This document shows positions 51,301-61,500 of a DNA stretch of 64,000 nt, one piece after another; positions within the stretch are counted from its first letter, which is position 1, and each line of letters begins with the position of its first letter. Source of the stretch: Octopus sinensis. Its lineage: Eukaryota. A model generated the notes under the pieces. The model was not told the origin of the DNA. It saw only the letters and a list, made by a program, of their open reading frames with translations, and made no database searches. The translations under genes and the position numbers were made by a program. Where the stretch lies: contig NC_043002.1 in assembly GCF_006345805.1 (NCBI RefSeq), positions 83,514,001 through 83,578,000 on the forward strand. Reading direction: 5' to 3'.

Positions 51301-54300
51301 TACCATTGAGGGTTTTTCATTATTCCATTACTGTGTAGTTCTTTTATTAATAAATATCTGTGTCACCATCATCATCCTATGTCCATCTTCCATGCTAGCA
51401 GAGGTCTAAAAAGTCATTCCTGAGTCTGTTTTTATTTGGATTTACTGCCATTCTTGTTGGGTCAGAGGACGTTTCTAATTTTGGTATGATTTCCATTGCT
51501 AGATACCAAACACTGTATAGAGTGCACTGTGTATGTTTCCTCATAGCAACAGGATTAAAGAATGTGTCTGTGTGCATATGTAGATATATCTGTATGTTTT
51601 ATATACATACACTTACATGCTTACTCGCATGTGTGTGTGTATAATGTATATGTATATATAAATTACTTCACATTGATCAAAATTTCAAAAGCCTTTGATA
51701 ATATGATGTAAGGAAAAACTTAATAAAACTTGCCACAATTATAAGTAATACACTTTTAATCAAATGGAAAAAATAAGTTCTGTCAAAGTGACTTACTCAA
51801 GTAATTACATGCCAGCAACTCATTAAAATAATTATATATTAGCAACCGAAATTAATGGAAAAGAAAAGGAAGTCAGTCTTGATTTGTTATTTAATACTTG
51901 TTTTCTCTCGTTATGATTAAATTTTAAATTAATAAACAGATTTAAATATAACAGATACCATGGTATTCTTTGATGCAAGATATTTAATTTGTGTTGAATA
52001 CTAGACAAAGAAGCTTTGAAGGTTAACTAAGTAGAAAATGCTTTCAGATATTTTGAGAAAATGCATTTTTTGTTTTTTTAACAGCTAGTTTCTGTAGCTT
52101 TTAACACAGGTTGTATTTCATAGTTTTATTTATCTATTAAGTTACTTTTTTTAACCCTTTGCCTGTCCAGAGCATATTCATAAGTTTGTCCCAAATGTCC
52201 ATACTTGTTTTCAGACTTTTAGTTATGAGTGATTAATTTACTTTATCTATCTATCTATCCGCTCAGTCGAAGTCGACTCTCGGTCACTCGTTGGATCAGT
52301 GTCCTCCTGTCAGTTCTATCCTGAGCCGCTTCTTTCAGATTGGCTATGTCCATTCCGATATCCCTCTTGATGGTATCAAGTCAGCGGGTTCTTGGTCGGC
52401 CTCTTCCTCTCTTGCCACTGACCATTCCGAGCATGATGTCCTTCTCCAGGGATTTTCTCTGCATAATATGACCGAAATATGCCAATCTATGCTTGGTGAT
52501 CCTAGCTTCTAGCGACATTTTCGGCCTGATCTGCTTAAGAACTTCTCCATTGAAGTTGATGGGTAATATGTGTTGATACTATTTTAGTTGGTAGATAAAG
52601 GTTTCTTGATGCCTTGTATTATCAGTCAAGTGTCCTGTGCGTCACATATGATGATTGTGATATTCAGGTAGTTAATATTTAGTTTGTAGTTTGAAGAAAA
52701 ACTGGGTAACTTGCTGGTTGATGAGGGGTGTAAGTCTGGAAATGAAGGATTTCAGCTTAGTGGGAACACTTTCACCTAACTGTAATGCAACCTTGTTGCC
52801 AACCATCTTGCTTTGTGTGTGTGTATGTGTATGTATCCATATATATACACACATACTTACGCACCCACAGACACACTCTGACCTTTGTTGTATATGTTCT
52901 AGGTAATATAAAGCTTTTCTTTCATAAGTCCCTAGTTACTGTGGTGGTTGTAAAAACTAGGAAACGTGTATCAAATTATGATGCCGGGGGAAATATGTCC
53001 TGTGTATCACTTGTAATACACAGGGCAGGTAAAGGGTTAATCTGAAGATTAGTCCCATGACCCTTTTTTAGGTTCTTCTTGACGTGGATTTGGAGATAGT
53101 TGGCTCACATTCTATTGCCCCAGAAACTACCAGATAAATTTATTAGCACATAAGCCATCAACAGACATCATATGAGATGACAAAACCTTGAACACCTTGT
53201 GACAACTGGGAAACAGAAAAAAGGAAACTGGAGAGGACAGAGTAAAGATACTTGATGACCTTACCAAAAGGCTACAGAAAGGCAGGACCATTAACTTGCT
53301 AACATATTAATGAGACAGGAGATGAAGACACATGAACATCAACACTTGTAGGCATGGAACAAGCTACCTGCATCAGTTGTTAGTTGCCGAGACCTTGCAT
53401 CCTTTAAAACCTCCATGCTTCCTGAAATTCGGCAACACTACACCTGATATACCCCTCTCCATATGCATGCACACATGTATATCATGATTCATACACTGTT
53501 CACTTTCTTGACTTTTGTACATAATTCTATGTCCTGTACATGCACCTTTGATGCGTTGTAGAGCAACTGAACACTATACAAAAAAATTTTATCATCATCA
53601 TTATTATAATTATTATTATTATTGTTATTATCATTATTATTATTAATGATGATGATGATGTAAGCTGGCAGAAATGTTAGCATGCCGGGTGAAATGCTTA
53701 GCAGTATTTCATCTGTCGCTATGTTCTGAGTTCAAATTCCGCTGAGGTCGACTTTGCCTTTCATCCTTTCGAGGACGATAAATTAAGTACCAGTTGCACA
53801 CTGGGGTCGATCTAAACGACTGGCCCCCGCCTCCAAAATTTCAGGCCTTGTGCCTAGAGTAGAAAAAGATTATTATTATCATTATTATTATTATTATTAT
53901 TGCTATTATAAAGAAATGTTCAGGCAGTTAATGTTTAGTTTGTAATTTGAAGGAAAACTGAGCAACTAGCTGGTTGCTGAGGGATGTAAGGTCTGTAAAT
54001 GAAGGATTTGTGTTTAGTGGGAACAGTTTCACCTAACCGTAATGCAACCTTGTTGCCAACCATTTTGCTTGATAGGTGAACTTTTTAGCTTTTGTTGTAG
54101 AAACACAACTGCAAAAAACCACGATGTTAATATACATGATATCCTTGATGTTTTTAAATGCAGTTCTTGTGTCACCTAAATAGAAATAAATTTCACCTTC
54201 CAGGCTTGTCTGACTGCAATGAGGTTACAGCCTCACTATCATTGGTGTCCCAATGTTTAAATTGTTAGTAAAGGATTGATGGATTCGTCTTTCAGTAATT

Positions 54301-57300
54301 ATAATTGAAGGAAGATTATTAGTTATTAATAAGATTGTAATGTGTGAAACTAGTGTCAAGATAATAGTAAGAATGAAGGTGGAGTAGTCACACAAAAAAA
54401 TTTTTCTATGAAGAGTGAATTTGCATCTTGAGATCCTAATTGTCCTTAAATAGATAGAGCACGATTCGGATCTTTTCCTTTTGATGGACGGAATTTTCTA
54501 GTTAACTAAACAATTTGAAACTTTGTATACTGGTAGAATGTGTCAAAAGAAAACATTATTTTCACTTGGCAAAACACAGAGGGGACAAAGCATGAGATAC
54601 AAAAGTATCTCACACACACATATATTCAGATACATACACACGTACACTTGCACACACACACTCTGTCACTCTCTCTCTCTCTCAAACACATGCATGTACA
54701 TTTGCACAAGCACATAGTAATTAATATATAAGTATACACACACATACAAACGGAGATATACATACACACACATATGCACACAAGCATACATACACGTTCG
54801 TGAGTTCGCACTGGTGTCGATAGAATCAACTTAATACTTTTGTATCTCATGCTTTGTCCCCTCTGTGTTTTGCCAAGTGAAAATAATGTTTTCTTTTGAC
54901 ACATTCTACCAGTATATGAAGTTTCAAATTGTTTAGTTAACTAGAAAATTCCGTCCATCAAAAGGAAAAGATCCCATGATTCTGTTTGATTATGAAAATC
55001 ACGTTGTAAATAATTATCTCACTCTAATAATGTATTGAAATAATTTGATCTAATAATGTATTGAAATGGTTTCATTGAGAAATTAGTCTTTCTCTTACAA
55101 TAAATGCTACTACAGTAGAATTTGAAAAGTGTTACAGATTCCTTATGATTACCAGAAAGAGTCATTATAAGTATTTGATGCACTGTTAAACTAATGAGTG
55201 TTTAGAAAATGTGTTAATGTGATTGAATATATTTTCTACATAGCATAAGAATATTTGCATTTGACTGAGTCCATTCTTAGGTGTTACCAATATTGTTGTA
55301 GCTGAATAAAATTAAACTCGTGTATCAGTCTTAAGAGGTATGGATTGTAACATCCAAAGTCTGGAATTTGATTTGTGTGTGTGTGTGAGAGAGAGATATA
55401 TATATATATAAAAGCAGTTAAAAAAACAGAAAAGGCAAAGTATGATGAATTAAGTTAAATATTAAAATGATATTAAAGTAGGCATAGGAGCGGCTGTGTG
55501 GTAAGTAGCTTGCTTACAAACCACATTGTTCCGGGTTCAGTCCCACTGCGTTGTACCTTGGGCAAGTGTCTTCTACTATAGCCTCAGCCCGACTAAAGCC
55601 TTGCGAGTGGATTTGGTAGACGGAAACTGAAAGAAGCCCGTCGTATATATATATATATATGTTTGTGTGTCTGTTTATGTCCTTGTAACTTAGGGGTTCA
55701 GCAAAAGAGACCAATAGAATAAGTACTAGGCTTACAAAGAATAAGTCCTGGGGGTCGATTTGTTTGACTAAAGGTGGTGCACCAGCATGGCCACAGTCAA
55801 ATGACTGAAACAAGTAAAAGAATAAAGAATAATGTTTGAGAAAAATTACTGAAATGAATAAATTTAAGGCTATAGGAACACTGTGTGTGTGTTTGTAATC
55901 CTGATAAATCGGGGTTGTTAGTTTGGTAAAGGTGAAAAGGTACCACAGTTTAATTAAGCCTTGTCTTTCATTGAGACTAGCTGAAGGATGTAGAATAATC
56001 CATTTCATATATAGCAACATGTGTAGAATGGAATGATCATCCAGTTGCAGCATATGTAAAAACCAAATCCTACCAATTAGCGGGGAGTACACATGTTGAT
56101 CTGTAGCATATTAGTTACTGATTTGTTGGTGAAAATTAATTCAGTTGTCCAGTAAAATCAACTTGCCAGATATTGCACCACAGCAATATCCATCTTACAA
56201 ACCATCTTACCATCTTACAAACAATAACTCTAAGCACCTTTTCAACTCTACCTGTCTAACACCCGTGGACATGTTTACAAAGTCAGAAAACAGCACAGCT
56301 CCCATGACTTTCGGAAACATTTTATCACGCTAAGAGTTGCTGAAGCATGGAACAGACTGCCGGCATCAGTTGTTAGTTGTTGGAGCACTGCATCCTTCAA
56401 AACTTCCATGCTTCCTGAGATTCGCCAATACTACACCTGATTTTCCCCCCTCCATACACACGCAAGCATGTATATGACTCATACACTGTTCACTTTCCAG
56501 ACATTTGTACATTACTGCATATGCTTTATATGCACTTTTGTCAAGCTGTGGTGCACCTGAGCACTGTATACAATAATTTCATTATACATTATATATATTA
56601 TATAGCTCTGCTGTTATAATACAAAATACACAAGATACAAGCTATAAATGCTTTGCTAACTTATAGTGTGCAATTAAGTTTCCTTTAGCGTTCAAATTAA
56701 TATGTCAAAAGTAATCTTTATTCATTTACATTTTAAAAAATTAATCTGGTATTATCTTGTAGCTTCAAGATTTAAAAGATGTAATTGTTTATTTTTAGAA
56801 TGACATTGCAGGGTAAGTGTGAGATACTGGTTCTGGCCAGTTTGAGCATAAAATGAGTAGAATATTTGGGCCGGATATAGCCGGTTTATACACTAATGGG
56901 TTAAGGCTATATCCAGCTTTAGGTGGATAGTATAAATCATAGGATTGACAAAAACTACATAGAAGTTTGTTGGTTGGATTGTACCTGGGATTTGGATGGT
57001 ACAGCGTTGTCATGCACTTTATCATGCTGATTCTGCGTAAGAATTATGTTAACGGTACATATATTTGTGTGGAGGTACATGGCCTAGTGGTTAGAGCAGC
57101 GGACTCGTGGTCGAGGGATCGTGGGTTCAAATCTCACACCGGGCGATGTGTGTGTTTATGAGCAAAACACCTAAGCTCCACATGGCTCCAGCAGAAGGTA
57201 ATGGCGAACTTCTGCTGACTCTTTCGCCACAACTTTCTCTCATTCTTTCCTCCTGCATCTTGCAGCTCACCTGCAACAGACTGGTGTCCCTTCCATGTGG

Positions 57301-58482
57301 GGAACCTATATGCCAAGGAAACTGGGAAACCAGCCCTTATGAGCCAGGCATAGCTCGAGAAGGAACAAACAAACATACATTTGTAGAATGCATAGCCACA
57401 TTATATTAACACTAGCACTATGACCCAGCAACGCCGGTTCATATGCTAGTGCATGCGTATAAAGCTGCGTGCATGTGCACATCTACGCAAGTACTGTCCA
57501 AATCCCTGACCAATCACATACGGCTAGCTGGCATTCAATTGGCATATCAAGTTTTGGGCATTTTGGTTGGGTTTTGGATAGAAAATTCACAAAAAAGTCA
57601 CTTCTATTGATTTTTTAATGGCTTTGTGGGGTGACTTGGGAAATGTAAAGATGTGCACGACCACCCTTGGACAGTTTTGAATGACCATAGATAGTGCAAG
57701 CCCTCTAAATGAAAAATTGTGGATTTGTATAAAGGACACACACACAGACATTTTGCCGTTTATATATATAGAGATGTTAATTGCCACATGCACCACCAAT
57801 GGTTCATCACAAACTTCATACAATTGCCATACACACCACCAGTGGTACATTTCCATAATTTGGGAAAATATTTTTATTTTGTATCTTTGACATGGTTTTG
57901 TGGATATTTAAATAACATGAGTGCTAAACATTAAAGTTTAATTATGAAACATTGTAAAAATGCAAATGGGAATACATGGCATCACTGGTAAGTTCCAGTA
58001 ACAGGCTGTGGTGGTTAACTTAATATAGTAGCAGGCAATTTGTAACCACAATGGAAAAGGAAACAGCTAACAAAATGAGACCTGTCAGAAAGTCTAGTAT
58101 GGAACCTCTGAGATGATATGGATGTGTGGCTAAGAAGTTTGCTTCACAATTGATTGTATGGTTTTGTACAATCACACTGTATGGTACCTTGAGCAAATTT
58201 GTTTTGATTTATGATAATATTGTTTGTTTTTTTTTTCTTTAATTACAGACTGTGGGTTTGAAGCACATAAAAAGTGTTCTGAAAGAGTCCCAAATGACTG
58301 CATGCCGGACATGAAATATGTTAAAAGACTGTTTGGCGCCGATTTGACAACAGTTGTTAAAGCTCAAAATACACCAATTCCTATTGTGGTGGAAAAATGT
58401 ATCAAAGAAATTGAACACAGAGGTAATTCTAATATTCTTTTTCTTAATTTCTCTTTAATAAAATGATTATTTCATGTGTGTG

Positions 58483-58527
<45 letters not shown>

Positions 58528-61500
58528 GCATACACAAACACACACACGCAATTTCTGAATTTACTACCTCTGCAATAGACACTAGATGAATTTTTTTTCT
58601 TTCCTTTGGTTATTAAATTGCTGCACTTATTTCTTATTTATTAAGTTTATTCAACCATTCATGCATATATATCATCAACATCATCGTTTAACGTCTGCCT
58701 TCCATGCTGGCATGGGTGTGTGTGTATAGTCGATACCATCAACCCCAGTGCTCAAGCGATGTCTATTTTATTGACCCTTAAAGGATGAAAGGCAAAGTTA
58801 ACCTCGGAATTTAAACTCAGAATGCAAAGCTGGAAGAAATGTTGCTAAGCAGTTTGTAAGGCATGCTTATGATTTGGCAGTTCGTCTTATATATATATGT
58901 ATGTATATAATGTCAGGTCACTTGTGAGGTCTTTCACGAGTGCTACTGGTAACATGTATTCCAGTACAATTTGTTGCATGGCTGGGTCTTCAGCAACTAA
59001 ACTGGCATCCCCACTAGGCTGTCTGTTAAGGAGGGTTTTTAGAAATCCAGCTGGACGAGAAAGAGGACCTGTCAAAAATGTAGGTTCAATGACTACCTAA
59101 CAATAGCACTGGCCCTCAGAAATTCTGGGTTGACGTCAAAAGTGTTGGTTCAATGACTACCTAACAATAGCACTGGCCCTCAGAAATTCTGGGTTGACGT
59201 CTGGTGTGCTGGAAGACCACTGGGAGTGAGGCACTAACCCCTCAGCTTTTGTTAAAGCTTGTTTCTAGGAGGCCACTCTGATATTAAACCAGATACATAA
59301 GGAATGGCATTGGACATTTTGGGGATCTTTTGCTTACACTTGAGATCTTGGTGCTATCACATTCCTGAGCTTGTGACCTATATTGGCACTAAAACCTTAC
59401 CCTGGTTTGTCTCTGGGTCATGTCCAGGATGGTGAAGCTCTATGAAGTATTGTGCAAGCTTTATTGAACCTAAAATTTTTCACAGGCATTGCTTTGTCAG
59501 TGATGCTCATACTTATCTACAAGTTCACAGCCAACATATCAACACACACACACACATATATATATATGTTTTTTTCTTACTTGTTTCAGTCATTTGACTG
59601 TGGCCATGCTGGAGCACCAACTTTAGTCGGTCCTATGTGTATATCAGTCAATAAATTTTACACTTGCACACACACACACACACATAATATTTAACTTTTG
59701 GTTTGTTTTTTTTTTTTGACACACACTGTCTGATTTAAAATACAGATAAGTGAAATTTAGCCCTGTTCATACTTTTCTAAGCCCTTAACAATGAAAGTGA
59801 TGTGTAAAAGCTTGCACCAGGAATGGAAACTGTTATGATGTCATCTTATTAACTACATAGTATTGGCCATAAAATATATGTAAATTAATTAACACTAGTT
59901 TTAAGCTCTTTTGTATTTGATTACTAATGTGTATTGTTTGCTATTGAATATTATAGGTGTAGATTTTGAAGGAATGTACAGAGTAGCAGGTTTCCATGAT
60001 GACATAGAAGCAGTTCGCATGGAATTTGATAGAGGTGAGTATTATTTCTCTTTTATTCTTTCAGCGTTTACAATCATTAGACTGTTTAAGTAAAAATTAT
60101 TATTATAGATTCAAGTTAGTTAGAAGAGAGTATCTGGCTTAAAATTAGCTTGTCGTAGTGAATGTCAGGGACAAAATTAGCTTATGGGTGGCTGAACTTT
60201 GCATATAGGATCCAGGGCAAATTTTTTGCAAAATTTCATGTTTTTTTTTAGAAAGTGCCTTTTATATGTTATCCACTATGGTACCATGCTTCCACTAAAT
60301 ATTTAAGTATCTGTGTAGTTACAAGGAGACATAATCACTGACTCAGCACTGTCGCCCTTGACTCAGTAAAATATCCAAAATGTGACAGAGAGAGGGAATG
60401 AGAGCTGCACCAACACTAGACTACTGGAAATCACTACGACTGAATTGATTGGAGCAAAGTGAAATGAAGTGCCTTGCTCAAGAACAGAACACTGCTTGTT
60501 TGAAGAATTTAATCTTTGACCTTATGTTCATGAGCCAAACACCCTAACCACTAAGCTATGTATTTTCTGTCCTCACTCACACAGCAGATAACTAGAGTTT
60601 TGTTTCCTTCTCCATCCCTAAACTCCATTAACCTCTTATTGAGTAAAATTGACATTAAATTCTACAAATATTTTAGTATTTCTATGGACATAGCTCTTTC
60701 TAATATTACTGTAGTTATTAGAGTGTCCTCTGTGTTTGCATTCCTTCAAGTATATATTTGATTTAAGGTAAAGACTTGGAAGAGAACATCAGTTACAATA
60801 CCTTGTGGTATTTGTTCCAGCTATGCTCTGAGGTCAAATCCTACCAAGGTCAACTTTGTCTTTCATCTTTTGGGAAGAGGTTGACTGTGTTTGAACATGA
60901 AGTCATGGACTTTCCAGATTTAAAATGCACAAGACATTATGCCACAGTGACATTCGTACAGCTCCATAAGGAGTTGAAGGCTTAAGAAAGAGATAGAATA
61001 TTTGATCTGCTCTTGCTTGGTGACCACATGATGAATGACTTTCTCGCTTTACTTTGGCAAGTATGGTGAAGCCTATGCTTTGCTGAGGAGGGCTAATAAA
61101 ATTGAAATATGTTTCAAGTTGTCTCCTGTCTTTTCTGACAATATTAAAATAATAATAATAATCATTGAGCAATAGAATTTTTATCATCTTTAATTATATT
61201 TGTTGATATTCACTACATTAAATATGTTAACACTAACTTAACTATTGTATTTCATGTAAATGGAGTGTTTACATCCATGGTTCTAAACTGGGGTCCATAT
61301 GGCTCCTGTGGGTTCACGTAAGATTTTTGGGAGTCCACATAGCAAAATAGTAAATTGAGGGTCCACAATAGTATTTTAAGGGTCCCTGAAAAAAACTTTG
61401 CTTAAGATGTATCTATTGGTATGTATTGCAAGAAGCAGCTAGGTTTCTTTCTCTAACATCTTAAATAGTTCGAACTACACAAGTTAGTGTGTGAAAAACA

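Noticed and set aside
55514-56092. 192-aa minus-strand ORF, the longest in the track
   Set aside because: Read-through of an antisense SINE; the same peptides ([20 protein letters not shown]) recur at every SINE copy.
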